DNA of 50,577 nt. It comes from an uncultured Clostridia bacterium (lineage in GTDB: Bacteria; Bacillota; Clostridia; Christensenellales; CAG-917). Shown here in pieces: positions 18,588 to 28,964 of this stretch (the stretch's first letter is position 1; every line of letters begins with the position of its first letter). The stretch lies in contig CANDBZ010000002.1 in assembly GCA_947383095.1 (NCBI GenBank), positions 1-50,577 on the forward strand, given 5' to 3'. A program made the translations under genes and the position numbers. Under the pieces are notes generated by a model. The model was not told the origin of the DNA. It was given only the letters and a program-made list of their open reading frames with translations, and did no database searches.

Positions 18588-19492
18588 TTTACGCCTCCCT
18601 CGAGATTTTTTCCCGTCACTGCAAGAAAAACGTCGTCCATCTTGCCTTTTATAATCTCATAGTCGACAAACAGCTCCTTATGCGCGGATATCAGCTCGGT
18701 AGCTGCCTGCGTATCGCTCACCTCTATACGGTACGAATCGCGCATTTTCTTATACGGAAGCCCGAGCGCCGCAACCGCGGCCTCCTCCACTCCGTAAAGC
18801 GTGACGAAATCTCCCGTATACGCGTTTTTCAGATCCAAAGGCGTACCCTGCGCGACCACCTGCCCCGCGTCAATGATAACGACGTAATCCGCGTCCGCGG
18901 CTTCCTCCATATAATGCGTGGTAAGGAAGATCGTCATGTCATTTTCTCTGCGGAGATCGTCGAGAGCCTGCCAGATATTTTTTCGCGTTTGAGGATCGAG
19001 ACCTGTCGTGGGTTCGTCAAGTATAAGTATTTTCGGCTGCGCTATCAAGGCTCTTGCGATATCCGCGCGCCTGCGCTGGCCGCCCGACAGCTTGCCCACG
19101 GGCCTTTTTAAAATATCGGAGAGATTAAATAGCTCGCAAAGCTCGCGTAATCTGCGCTCGAATTCTTTGCCGCATATTCCGTAACACGCGGCTCTGCTTT
19201 TCAAATTGTCCTTGACCGTCAGATCCTTGTCGAGCGCGCTTGATTGAAACACTACGCCTATCTTGCTTTTTACCTGCGGCGAGCCGACGCTCTCGCCGTC
19301 TATGATCACGGTGCCCGCGTCCTTGGCAAGCGTGCCGCATATTATAGAAATAGTGGTGCTTTTGCCCGCGCCGTTCACTCCCAAAAACGCAAACAGCTCG
19401 CCCTCTTTGACCTTAAAAGAAACGTCCTTCACCGCTTCGATTTCTCCGAAGCTTTTTGAAAGTCCCTCGATTTTTATTATATCCTCTGCCAT
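18584..19492 (-). CDS. ABC transporter ATP-binding protein (DrrA/ABC-2 exporter type)
   Basis: Walker A GVNGAGKST, signature LSGGQRRR and Walker B ILILDEPT. Confidence 0.93.
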   Translation of the reverse strand: MAEDIIKIEGLSKSFGEIEAVKDVSFKVKEGELFAFLGVNGAGKSTTISIICGTLAKDAGTVIIDGESVGSPQVKSKIGVVFQSSALDKDLTVKDNLKSRAACYGICGKEFERRLRELCELFNLSDILKRPVGKLSGGQRRRADIARALIAQPKILILDEPTTGLDPQTRKNIWQALDDLRRENDMTIFLTTHYMEEAADADYVVIIDAGQVVAQGTPLDLKNAYTGDFVTLYGVEEAAVAALGLPYKKMRDSYRIEVSDTQAATELISAHKELFVDYEIIKGKMDDVFLAVTGKNLEGGVK

Positions 19493-19513
19493 GGCTTTCC
19501 TCCCGCAAAATGA

Positions 19514-19539
19514 AAAACACGTTTTGCAACACGTGTTTT
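19514..19539. promoter_or_regulatory. perfect 9-bp inverted repeat (AAAACACGT-N8-ACGTGTTTT) abutting the ABC operon promoter. Candidate operator.
   Basis: Read directly. It lies immediately downstream of the -10 box on the minus strand. Confidence 0.5.
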
Positions 19540-19568
19540 ATTATACTTCGACGCTATGCGCCTGTCAA
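19540..19568 (-). promoter_or_regulatory. consensus sigma-A promoter of the ABC exporter operon
   Basis: The minus strand reads TTGACA, a 17-nt spacer, then TATAAT, with both hexamers perfect. Confidence 0.7.
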
Positions 19569-19686
19569 TATATTTGATTACTTTTTACCGTGACAAAGTT
19601 AAAGACTCGTTGAGTAGAGCGCCGTCGCGAGAGTCGCCTATTTGCGCAACCTTTATCAGTACGCGACTATAATACTCCTCTAAAGC

Positions 19687-19716
19687 GTAAAAATATCGGA
19701 GCAAAGCCCCGATATT
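19687..19716 (-). terminator. intrinsic terminator after yyaC
   Basis: The minus strand reads aatatcgg-ggctttgct-ccgatatt followed by a short T-run. Confidence 0.5.
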
Positions 19717-19724
19717 CTACACTC

Positions 19725-20402
19725 TTATCCAATGCACGATAACGCCTGTTTTATCACAACGCATATTTTATCCGCCATATTTTGCACATAAAGAGGCGAT
19801 ACAGACATAAGCTGCATGAGCGGATCGTCTCCGTTTTGAGCGACGACGCCGAGGATCCCCACGTCGCCGAATCTTGTTTTCTTGCCCTTTATTGCCGCGG
19901 GACAAACGCCGTCCGCCCTGAACACTATCTGCCCCACCTTATCATCCTGACCGAGACTTGCGTCGACAGATATAAAAAGCGCTCCGGCGTGTACGCTTGT
20001 GATGAAATCAAGCCATTCGCCCATATTCTTCCCGTTTACGGCATGCTCTTCCGTGCCGTAAACGAATGCCGGCACGTTATATTTTTGCCGCAATAGGCTT
20101 CCAACCTGCGGCCCCAACGAATCGCCGGAAATCGCCGTTGTCCCGAAACAGACAATGACCACCTGTCTGTCGTCCTCGTCGGTGACGGCGCGGAACATTG
20201 CGTTTATAAACGGCGTCAAAGCCGCGTCCTCGCAAACGTCGTTTCGGCTTGTGCGACGCGGTTTGTGCGCCCCGCTCGCCGCGGTTTGTTTTGCTGCGGT
20301 CGGCAATGCCGACGTTTGATTGAGTTCTGTCTTTTTCATTGTTCGATTATGGACAGATCCGTCAAGATTTAAACAGGATGCGAACGCATATATCCCGTTC
20401 AC
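19725..20402 (-). CDS. yyaC: putative sporulation protein YyaC (DUF1256)
   Basis: VVIVCFGTTAISGDSLGPQVGSLL is typical of YyaC. The start is uncertain: GTG at 20402 or the internal ATG at 20339. Confidence 0.8.
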   Translation of the reverse strand: MNGIYAFASCLNLDGSVHNRTMKKTELNQTSALPTAAKQTAASGAHKPRRTSRNDVCEDAALTPFINAMFRAVTDEDDRQVVIVCFGTTAISGDSLGPQVGSLLRQKYNVPAFVYGTEEHAVNGKNMGEWLDFITSVHAGALFISVDASLGQDDKVGQIVFRADGVCPAAIKGKKTRFGDVGILGVVAQNGDDPLMQLMSVSPLYVQNMADKICVVIKQALSCIG

Positions 20403-20534
20403 GAAAAAAGTTGCGCTAAAAGCATAATTTGGTTATAATAGAATTGTTACGCTATATTATTATTAAGATAGCTATAATGATATTCTTCAAACACACACGG
20501 GCGCGCGGCGAAAACCGCTTGAACAGAGGATAAT

Positions 20535-21308
20535 ATGTTTTTGACATTAACTTCAGCAATATCGTATGCGGACATAGCTTTTTTCGTCATACTCGGATTG
20601 GGATTGCTCGGCGGGCTTATCGGAGGTCTTGCGCGCGCCTTCAAGGGCTTTTTCAAATCGATCGCGATAATTCTGATCTCTCTACTCATCGTGGGCGTGA
20701 CCGTCGCCCCCTTGAGCAAAATAGGCTTTGTGCAGAATATGACGTCGATGTTTGAAAGCAAAACGTCGTCCTGGGGCGAGGTATTCAATCAACCCGTGCA
20801 TATCGCCGACGACGGGTCCTATTATATCGAGGTGGAATACGACGGCACCAAAAACAAAGTCAAGCTGGAGGATGCGGGCGGCAGCGGTCTTGTGGACCGT
20901 TCAAAGGCAAAATTCGCAAATTGGCTCGCAAAACGGTTTATCGACGCGGAAAACGAAGGACAAACTCTCGGCGAGGCGGCTGCGAATATGCTCACGACGA
21001 TTATCGTAGCCGCGGTAGCGTTTGTCGTATATTGCATATTGCTGGGCATACTGTGTTGGATATTGCGCAAGCTTTTCAGGCCCCTGCACGACTCGGACAG
21101 CGGCGCCGTTCGCATCGTGGACAGGACGCTCGGCGCTATCATCGCCGCAGGTCTCGCGTTTATCTTCCTGCTGCTCGTGCTCGCGATACTTCATACGTTT
21201 GCAGGCAAGATACCCGTGCTCGAGGAGCATTTGACTTCATCGCCCGTTTGCGGATATTTTTATGAACACAATCCGATAAGCGACGTATTTGCCGCCATAT
21301 TCGGCTGA
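20535..21308 (+). CDS. CvpA-family membrane protein with an inserted extracytoplasmic segment
   Basis: The N-terminus DIAFFVILGLGLLGGLIGGLARAFKGFFKSIAIILISLLIVG resembles the CvpA family, and there are 4 hydrophobic helices. Confidence 0.7.
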   Translation: MFLTLTSAISYADIAFFVILGLGLLGGLIGGLARAFKGFFKSIAIILISLLIVGVTVAPLSKIGFVQNMTSMFESKTSSWGEVFNQPVHIADDGSYYIEVEYDGTKNKVKLEDAGGSGLVDRSKAKFANWLAKRFIDAENEGQTLGEAAANMLTTIIVAAVAFVVYCILLGILCWILRKLFRPLHDSDSGAVRIVDRTLGAIIAAGLAFIFLLLVLAILHTFAGKIPVLEEHLTSSPVCGYFYEHNPISDVFAAIFG

Positions 21309-21346
21309 CGTGCTTTTGCCGCGCCCGTCGCGGAAAAGGAGCTTAT

Positions 21347-24300
21347 ATGAAAGTTTTACGCGGAACATTGACTTTTGTGCTCGGGATGCTCATAGGCATC
21401 ATACTGTTTGTGGTGGCAATAGGCGGAACGGTTGTGATAATCGGCACGCAGCTCACCGTGGGCGATCTGCAGGATTCCCTTATAAAAAACGAAGTGATCT
21501 CTCCCGACAGCGATCTGTATAACAGCACCGTCATCGACGCCGTCAAGGGCATTTTAGGCGATATAAAAAACTTCGACGGCCTGTCTCTCAAAACTTTATA
21601 TGCTCATTACGGAATAGAATTGCTTAACGGCATCAGCGGCATCGATTTCACGAATAAGGATTTTTACGATGTGCCGATCGTCACGATCGCAAAAGACCTT
21701 TCCATTCTGGTCAATTCTTTTACCCTCGAGGACATAGGGAAAATCGCGGGCGTGGATTTTTCGTCCTACGATCTGCCGATACTGACGGATAACGTCGGTA
21801 ACAACGTGTCAACCGCCGTAGACAATATTTTGAAAACGATAAAGGGAGACATGTCCATTCGAGTTATAAAGGACGAATTCGGCGTCGATATAGGCGTAAA
21901 CAACAACGGGCTTATCGCCGCACTTCAAGACGTAAAAGTGTCGCAATTCGGCAACGTGATAAACGTACTGCGGGCAAACCAGATCATCAAAACGGACGTC
22001 GACGCGTTTATTCCCGTCAAAGGCGAAATCAAGCTTTACGTAGAAGCGGACGAATATGAAGAGGTGAGCAAGCAACAGCTTGCAAGCTCCGCATACTCCC
22101 CCGCCGCAGGGGTAGAGACCTGCATGCTGGGCGGCAAGGATACCGACGGCGACGGCAAGGTCGACGCGCAGGACATACGCGAGCTGCGCTACGTAAAAAA
22201 ATCCGCGGAGGTCGACGGCGCAACAAAGGAGATATTTGTGCCCGATCTTTCCTGCTATAAGGACGGCTTCGACGCAAACGATAGCGCAAAAACCTTTTAT
22301 CGGCACATAATTTACAGAGAAATCGCAAGCTTGAGCGAGGCGCAAAGCAACCCCGTTTACATCATCGCCTATGCTAACCGCATACAAAAGCTCGGCGCGA
22401 CCGCGGACGCGTGCACGCTTGTGCAAAGAGGCTTTATGCCTCTTGCGGAGGTCGACCTCAACGCAAAGGATTTTTGGGGCGTCGTCGACGAAACGATCAC
22501 CAAGGACAGCGGATTAAAGCAGCTTGAAAACACGGCGGGCTTCGACCGTCCCGTTTACAGACGCATATATGCCGGCACGTCCTCCGCGCTTATTCAAAAG
22601 ATCGCGTATTACACCGTGGCGGAGCTACAGGACGCGGACGGCTTGCTTGACAGCCTCACGATAGGCGACGTCGTTGAAATAAACGAGGATACCGCAAAGA
22701 TAATAATATCTCTTAAGGACAGCACGCTCAAAACCGTCGGCTCCGACATAAACGACCTGACGCTGGATAAAATCCTCGATATAAAATTCGATAACTACGC
22801 CGAAGACGCGCACGGACTGTATGTCCGCGTTCAGGACGAAAACGGCAGTTACTATACGCCGTATAACGCCGCGTTGCACGACGGACTGACAAGATATTCG
22901 CGCAATAAAGCGGACGGCTCCTCGTCGCCTATACTTCAACGCTTCGCAGGCTCTACTCTGAACGGGTTTTCATCCGCGTTCGACTCGCTGCTGCTTGCCG
23001 ACGTTCTCGATATGGACGGCGACGTTTATGCGACAGTCGACAGCGCGTATATGGAAGAAAATCCCGACGAACGCTATTACTGCTATGACGAGGAAACTCG
23101 CGTATACCGCGTTGCAAACGCCGAATATCGCAAACAAAATCCCGATAAAACTTATTATCGCGTCATAAGGACGGGAGAAAGCCCCTCTCTTCTCAAAAAG
23201 CTCGCCTACGTTCGCGTTGACGGCATGTCACGCGCTATAGACGCAGTAGTTGACGATCTGATGCTCTCCGAGGTCTTGGACGTATACAGCGAAAGCGCGA
23301 TCAAGCTGCTCCCGTCGGACACGTCCTTTGACGAAAACGCGAGATATTTTATCGAGTACGATGAAACCGCAAACTATTGCGGCGAGGACGAGCGCGGCAA
23401 ATACGCGTACGTTTGCGACGCCAGCGGCTCGTACGTCATGAGCAACTTCACATTCGTCCCCGTCGAAGCGACCTCCGTCAATAGCATTTTTTATACCTAC
23501 GGCGATTATACCGCCCTATCGGAAACCGCCGCCGCAGAGCAAATGGCTTGCGGCAATCTCTATTACAGAGATAAAAAGACCGGCGAATACAAGCGCAACA
23601 TCGTGCTTTGCTCGTATATGTACACCTACGCCGACGAGCACGGCGAGCACCCATACCGCGCGGAGGTATACCGCCGCGTGCTCTCATCCGCAACGCATGC
23701 CGACGAGGAAAACGGAATTTACGAGGGAAAGCAGTATAAATACGAAAGCGAGCTCCCCGCATACGGACTTTACATCAAAGACAATTATCGCGGCTTCCTT
23801 TCATACGACGGAACGACCGCCAATCCCGCTTTTGCCGACAAGCCGCTTTACGCTCTGAAAAAATCCGCCGACAACTCCCTTAAATACTTTATTTTGCAGG
23901 GCGATTTCAACTTTATCAAGGCGCTTAAGGGCACGGAGCTTATGCAAGGTCCGCTCTACGGCGAGGATGTCGTTTCCAACGGCGTGCTCTATGACAAACG
24001 CTCCTGCGAAGACGTTTACGTGCAAGCCGACGAAGGAAGATACGTCTTTGTCGACGGAAATTACGTGGAATTCGACACGGAGCTGCACGATGTCTCCGCC
24101 CCGAGATTTGACAAAAGGTTCGGCTATATCGCATATGCCAACGAAGCCTATTTCGAAGACGAGGACGCGCATATATCCGTCCTGTCTCCCGTCAAGCTCT
24201 CCTTCATACGCGAAAAGAGCGTGCCCGTGCTGCGCTTACTTGCGGGCGGCACCCTCTCTGAAATGAACGGGGTGATCTCAAACGCGACTATCGGCGACGT

Positions 24301-24577
24301 TATTGAAGCGGAGCACGGAAGCCTGTTCGACAGCCCTCTGATCAAGCAAACGAAAATAACCGATATCGGCAACGTCTTTAAAACCATCCTCGCAGATATG
24401 ACCGTCGGCGAGCTAATGACCTGGTCAAAGATGACGAAGGTGGACGACCGAGTGAGGATCGCGCTTGCGGATATCACCGTCGAGAGACTGTTCAACAGCA
24501 TTGAGATAACGCCCCGCAACACCTTTGAAATAAACATGTTCAAGCTCTACGGATACATCGATGATAAGACGGTATAA
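21347..24577 (+). CDS. 1076-aa N-terminally anchored protein, no family recognised
   Basis: AAGGAG upstream and a single N-terminal TM (LTFVLGMLIGIILFVVAIGGTVVIIG). A short motif of the form T-[IVL]-G-D-[VIL] recurs along the protein. Confidence 0.85.
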   Translation: MKVLRGTLTFVLGMLIGIILFVVAIGGTVVIIGTQLTVGDLQDSLIKNEVISPDSDLYNSTVIDAVKGILGDIKNFDGLSLKTLYAHYGIELLNGISGIDFTNKDFYDVPIVTIAKDLSILVNSFTLEDIGKIAGVDFSSYDLPILTDNVGNNVSTAVDNILKTIKGDMSIRVIKDEFGVDIGVNNNGLIAALQDVKVSQFGNVINVLRANQIIKTDVDAFIPVKGEIKLYVEADEYEEVSKQQLASSAYSPAAGVETCMLGGKDTDGDGKVDAQDIRELRYVKKSAEVDGATKEIFVPDLSCYKDGFDANDSAKTFYRHIIYREIASLSEAQSNPVYIIAYANRIQKLGATADACTLVQRGFMPLAEVDLNAKDFWGVVDETITKDSGLKQLENTAGFDRPVYRRIYAGTSSALIQKIAYYTVAELQDADGLLDSLTIGDVVEINEDTAKIIISLKDSTLKTVGSDINDLTLDKILDIKFDNYAEDAHGLYVRVQDENGSYYTPYNAALHDGLTRYSRNKADGSSSPILQRFAGSTLNGFSSAFDSLLLADVLDMDGDVYATVDSAYMEENPDERYYCYDEETRVYRVANAEYRKQNPDKTYYRVIRTGESPSLLKKLAYVRVDGMSRAIDAVVDDLMLSEVLDVYSESAIKLLPSDTSFDENARYFIEYDETANYCGEDERGKYAYVCDASGSYVMSNFTFVPVEATSVNSIFYTYGDYTALSETAAAEQMACGNLYYRDKKTGEYKRNIVLCSYMYTYADEHGEHPYRAEVYRRVLSSATHADEENGIYEGKQYKYESELPAYGLYIKDNYRGFLSYDGTTANPAFADKPLYALKKSADNSLKYFILQGDFNFIKALKGTELMQGPLYGEDVVSNGVLYDKRSCEDVYVQADEGRYVFVDGNYVEFDTELHDVSAPRFDKRFGYIAYANEAYFEDEDAHISVLSPVKLSFIREKSVPVLRLLAGGTLSEMNGVISNATIGDVIEAEHGSLFDSPLIKQTKITDIGNVFKTILADMTVGELMTWSKMTKVDDRVRIALADITVERLFNSIEITPRNTFEINMFKLYGYIDDKTV

Positions 24578-25097
24578 ACAATCGGACGCAAATGCGGTCA
24601 AAGTCATAGCACATTCGGAGGATAAGCAGCGCTCCATGCGCTGCGCGTCCTCGTTGCGTTGCGATTATTTCATCGACAACGAACCGGAGCATTGCTTCGT
24701 CATGACGGACGAGTTCGACAAGCCTACGGGTTATATACTTTGCAGCACAAGCCGCGATCGCTTTGCCGCGCTCTTCCCCGCCTATCTTTCGATCGTCAGG
24801 CAAGAGGACAAACGTCTTTATGCCGCGCAAAAGAAGCTGTTTAAAAAAATAATATCGGCGCGAAGCGCATATGCGTATTTCACCCTCGACGTTTTGCCCT
24901 CCTTCCGCGACAAAGGCGGCGGAAAGGAGCTTGTAAACACGCTTATACGGCATCTGACGGATATCGAGGTCATGGGCGCGTGTACGCTGGCGGATACGCC
25001 GTCCGCGATTGCGTTTTGCGAGCGTATCGGCTTCGAGCGCATACTGCGCGTATCAAAAACGAGCGGAATATACCTATTTAAGATCAACACGATATAA
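24561..25097 (+). CDS. GNAT family N-acetyltransferase
   Basis: 178 aa with an acetyl-CoA motif-like RDKGGGKELV. It overlaps the upstream gene by 17 nt. Confidence 0.75.
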   Translation: MIRRYKQSDANAVKVIAHSEDKQRSMRCASSLRCDYFIDNEPEHCFVMTDEFDKPTGYILCSTSRDRFAALFPAYLSIVRQEDKRLYAAQKKLFKKIISARSAYAYFTLDVLPSFRDKGGGKELVNTLIRHLTDIEVMGACTLADTPSAIAFCERIGFERILRVSKTSGIYLFKINTI

Positions 25098-25156
25098 AAA
25101 TTCACAAATTCGCTGTTTATCTGTCAAAAAACGATATTTAAACGCTGGATATGAGA

Positions 25157-25182
25157 AAAGCGAGGCAATGCCTCGCTTTTCA
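25157..25182. terminator. bidirectional intrinsic terminator
   Basis: aaaagcgagg-caat-gcctcgctttt. Confidence 0.75.
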
Positions 25183-25199
25183 TTTGCTGCGCGTTTTAT

Positions 25200-28100
25200 T
25201 TATTGATCGTTCTTCGTGAGCGTGACGTTTGCTGTGCCGTAGCCCGTGACGGTGTATTCTCCGACGGTAAACGTCGCGTCTTCTTGCCATATTACCGCGC
25301 CGCCGACGGTCAGCGTGCCGCCGTAGCTGTCGAGCGTATATATCGCAACGCTGCTCTTTGCATCGTTAAACCAAGCGAAATAGTACGTTTCGCCGTCTAT
25401 CGTTGCGGTGACGACCTCGGCATATTGTTCAAAGGGCGTTATCTCCGCTTTGAATATACCGTCCGTTTCCGTAAACACGATACGGTACGTTGCCGTGATA
25501 GGCGTTTCGCCCTTCTTCACTGTATACTCGAACGTCGCCGTCGCGCCGTCCGCCAAACTATCGATTTCCACCATAGCGAAAACGTTGTTATAGGTTGAAA
25601 TAAACAGCGTGCCGTATGCGTAATATATGTTGAACGACGGCGACGTGGACACGATTTTATCGCCGTCCTCCGCGCAGATGAACGTTGTTGAAGAAATGCT
25701 CATGCTCGTGCCGTAGCTTGTTTTAAATGTCTCAAACGGTCGTCCTTGGGACAATGCCATATACGTATCGCCCCACCTGTCGTAAACCATATATCCTCTG
25801 TATTTTTCAAGGTCCAACATGCCGTTCGTTTGAGTTTCGTTGCCCTCGACGGTAGTATTGAGCGCGCCCGTCGATATGTCAAACGTATACGTGCCGCTCT
25901 TGTATTCGCTGCCGTCAAAGTACAGCAAATTGCCCAAACCGTCAAACGCGACAAATCTGTTTGCACCCGCCGATACAAACCAGCCGCACGCCTCGGGCGC
26001 GGAAACACCCGCAAGCTTGAATTTGTTGTCAGGCAAAAGATACAACACTTTGATTTCGGCATCGCCATCATCTTTAGAAGCTATAAGCAAAATCGCACCC
26101 GATTGCTTGAAAACATAATATCTGAATTTGTCCGTTATCTCTCCATCAATCATTTCCGCCGTAAAATACCCGTCAAGCGTTATTTGAATACGCTCGTCAT
26201 CTTCAAACGTATACGTGCCTTCGCCGGATTTAGTAACTATTTTGAATTGGAGCATATTATCATAGCTGCCGGGTCCGAAATAGCCTCTCACCACATAGTC
26301 CTCCGACGTGGTGGAGTAATCCCACTTTCTTTCCATGCCGTTGAGATTGAAAATTATTTCGCTGAATTGCACACTGTAGCCGACAGTTATCTTTTCATCT
26401 TTATACTCCAGCGTGAGCTTGCCGCTGTAGGTTTTCTCGTCATTCCCCGAGCCGACGGTGTATTGCTTGCCATCGAGCGTAATTTTCGCCGCGTTGTCCA
26501 AGTCGTAATACACGCCCGCCTCTCCTCCGAGCGCAGTCATGACGTTTCCTTTATACGTCACGGTGGAGTTATCCGCGTCAAACGTAGCCGTCGCGCTTTC
26601 CATGCCTACGAGCTCGATCGTATTACCCGTCACACTGTACGTTCCTGTCGAAACGCTTCCTAATTCGCTGACAAACGTATATTTGCCAAAGCCGTCAAGC
26701 GTCAGTTTATCCGCGTCAAACGCGCCGTACGAGCCGGCTTCCGCTCCGCGTAAAATAAGCTTGCCGCCCGAAAACATGCCCTGCACGTCAAACTTATCGA
26801 TATATCCGCCGTCGGAGCTATCGACAAAACGCGTATAAATGCTTAATTTTTTTGGCGCGTTGCTTTCGGTATAACCGGGCAGGTTCATGCTGCTGTAATA
26901 CACGTATCCCAATCCCGTATAGCCGCTGTCCTCGCCGAACTCAATCAACGCGTATCCCGTATCCGTGCCCGTAAACTTTATAGCGCCGTAGGGCGTCGAC
27001 GCGCTGCCGCCCGCGGCGAAAGTCCCGTCCGTTTCCAGCTTTTTAAATTCGCCTTCGTATCCCATCTTGTAAGTTATGGGGTCGTTATTTCCGTCCATAG
27101 GCAAATTGTCTATGGTCGCGATGCTCGCGTTGAACGCCTCGACGAACGCGCTCGCGTTGACGTCGTCATAGGACGCGGTGCTCAACGGAGTGTAAATATA
27201 TGCGTATACGCCGAACTGCGACAACGAGTTGTACATAAACGTAGGGCAAACGCCGATCTGGCTCAATACGCAAAACGCCGCTTCTCCTATAGTCGGAGGC
27301 GTCGTGCCTCTGAAAACGACCTGCTGCAGATATGATTGATTGAGGAACGCTCCGCCGCCGATAGAACGTATTCCTGTGCCGAACTCGATCCCGAAGAGCT
27401 GTCCCATCGCAAATGCGTAGTCGCCGACGGACGCAACGCCGTCTCCCAATATAAGGAAACGGGTCGTTCCATTGTTTATGCACGCTCCGCTTGCAACGGC
27501 GGTTACGCCGTCGGGCACGCGATAAACCAGATCGCTGCCTTGATAATCATAAAGCGTATTATCGGAAACGGTCTCGCCCTTTTGATTTTTTGCAAGCATG
27601 GTAAGCGTCGACGCGGTATAATCTATAAGATAGGTATCGCGCACGCCGTCTTCGTCCTCGATATAAACGTGCGTATCCGCATACATCTCCGTCGTTGCGA
27701 CTTGAGCGAAATCGTATATCACCGCCGTCATGCTATAACCCCGATATAAAGTCAAGTCCCGCGAATCGTTTTTGAAAATGCCTTGCGTAACTTCGCTCTG
27801 ATCCATTTCCTCGTCGGAGAATGAATACGGATCCACCTCTTCAACCTGCAAAAACCGTCTCACGATTTGCATCGTTCCCGTTTCCGCGCCCGCCAACACG
27901 GCGTCCCACGCGCAGGCCCTCGCCACGATCTGTAACGCTTCGTCTCCTCGTACGCCGTTTCCGAAAACGTCGTTGCCCAAAGTCGGGAAAGCCGCGCCCG
28001 CAAAGCCTATTTCAAAAGTATCGAGGCTTTTAAACGCCTTGTCTCCGATCCTCGTCACCGTAGACGGTATTGCGAAAATAACGACCTTGGTATTTTCAAA

Positions 28101-28964
28101 CGCCTTTTCGCATATCTCCGTCGCGCCGCCGAGGTCTATTATCTTCACTTCGTTGTTGGCAAACGCGCTTGCTCCTATCTTGCCCGCAAACTCGGACATA
28201 TCTACGATCTCCACGTTTTCGTTGGATGCGAACGCGCTTGCTCCGATCTCTGTGACGGACGAAGGTATTTTTACCTCCGCCGCGTTGAGATATCTCATCG
28301 AGCCGATTTTCGTGACGGGCTTGCCGTCATAGCTCGACGGAATGACGACCTCCGTGGGATAGGAATATTTGCTTATCGCCGATATCTCCCACTCGCCGTT
28401 TGCGAGCTGCTTATACTGCCAGCCGTTTTTTATTATGTCGTCGTTGGGCTTATCCTGCCAGATCGCGACGGCGGTTATATTTTCCGTAAGACTCCACGCG
28501 GACAAGGACGCGCCGTCCTTATTTGTTATCGCGCTGCCTCCGTACGACCACCCGCCGAATATCTTATCCGCTTTCGTCGCCGTACCGAGATCGTATTGCG
28601 CGCCGAACGTCACTTGCTTCGTCGTCTGCGTAAGCGCGTCGCCGCCGTTGACGTCGAGCGTAACGGTAAATTTCTTTGCCGACCATTTTGCGACAAGCGA
28701 GATATTGCCGTTGACGGTCGAAGCAAAATCAAAGGTCGCGCCGTCCAAAAGCCATTCTTCAAAATCATATCCCGTCCTTTGCGGGTCCTGCGGCTTCTCA
28801 ACGGTTTTGCCCTTTACAACGGTTTTTTCAAACGACTGCACGCCCTCTCCGCTAAACGTTACCTTCACGTTTTCGGGCGGATCGTCGTTGCATGCGGCAA
28901 GCGTAAGGGCACACAACGCGACGATAAGTAAACAAACAATGAAAATCAAGCCTCTTTTTTTCAT
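25200..28964 (-). CDS. large surface lipoprotein with InlB B-repeats (Listeria-Bacteroides repeat) and BspA-type leucine-rich repeats
   Basis: Lipobox LTLAAC. There are two units of the form TGYxFxxW...G..FDF...V.....L.A.W, plus repeated IPSSVTEIGASAFA-type LRR_5 units. I set the start at the ATG (MKKRG), which has GAGGTG upstream. Confidence 0.85.
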   Translation of the reverse strand: MKKRGLIFIVCLLIVALCALTLAACNDDPPENVKVTFSGEGVQSFEKTVVKGKTVEKPQDPQRTGYDFEEWLLDGATFDFASTVNGNISLVAKWSAKKFTVTLDVNGGDALTQTTKQVTFGAQYDLGTATKADKIFGGWSYGGSAITNKDGASLSAWSLTENITAVAIWQDKPNDDIIKNGWQYKQLANGEWEISAISKYSYPTEVVIPSSYDGKPVTKIGSMRYLNAAEVKIPSSVTEIGASAFASNENVEIVDMSEFAGKIGASAFANNEVKIIDLGGATEICEKAFENTKVVIFAIPSTVTRIGDKAFKSLDTFEIGFAGAAFPTLGNDVFGNGVRGDEALQIVARACAWDAVLAGAETGTMQIVRRFLQVEEVDPYSFSDEEMDQSEVTQGIFKNDSRDLTLYRGYSMTAVIYDFAQVATTEMYADTHVYIEDEDGVRDTYLIDYTASTLTMLAKNQKGETVSDNTLYDYQGSDLVYRVPDGVTAVASGACINNGTTRFLILGDGVASVGDYAFAMGQLFGIEFGTGIRSIGGGAFLNQSYLQQVVFRGTTPPTIGEAAFCVLSQIGVCPTFMYNSLSQFGVYAYIYTPLSTASYDDVNASAFVEAFNASIATIDNLPMDGNNDPITYKMGYEGEFKKLETDGTFAAGGSASTPYGAIKFTGTDTGYALIEFGEDSGYTGLGYVYYSSMNLPGYTESNAPKKLSIYTRFVDSSDGGYIDKFDVQGMFSGGKLILRGAEAGSYGAFDADKLTLDGFGKYTFVSELGSVSTGTYSVTGNTIELVGMESATATFDADNSTVTYKGNVMTALGGEAGVYYDLDNAAKITLDGKQYTVGSGNDEKTYSGKLTLEYKDEKITVGYSVQFSEIIFNLNGMERKWDYSTTSEDYVVRGYFGPGSYDNMLQFKIVTKSGEGTYTFEDDERIQITLDGYFTAEMIDGEITDKFRYYVFKQSGAILLIASKDDGDAEIKVLYLLPDNKFKLAGVSAPEACGWFVSAGANRFVAFDGLGNLLYFDGSEYKSGTYTFDISTGALNTTVEGNETQTNGMLDLEKYRGYMVYDRWGDTYMALSQGRPFETFKTSYGTSMSISSTTFICAEDGDKIVSTSPSFNIYYAYGTLFISTYNNVFAMVEIDSLADGATATFEYTVKKGETPITATYRIVFTETDGIFKAEITPFEQYAEVVTATIDGETYYFAWFNDAKSSVAIYTLDSYGGTLTVGGAVIWQEDATFTVGEYTVTGYGTANVTLTKNDQ

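Noticed and set aside
25746-26663. 305-aa plus-strand ORF
   Set aside because: It is antisense to the 1256-aa lipoprotein gene and has no independent support.
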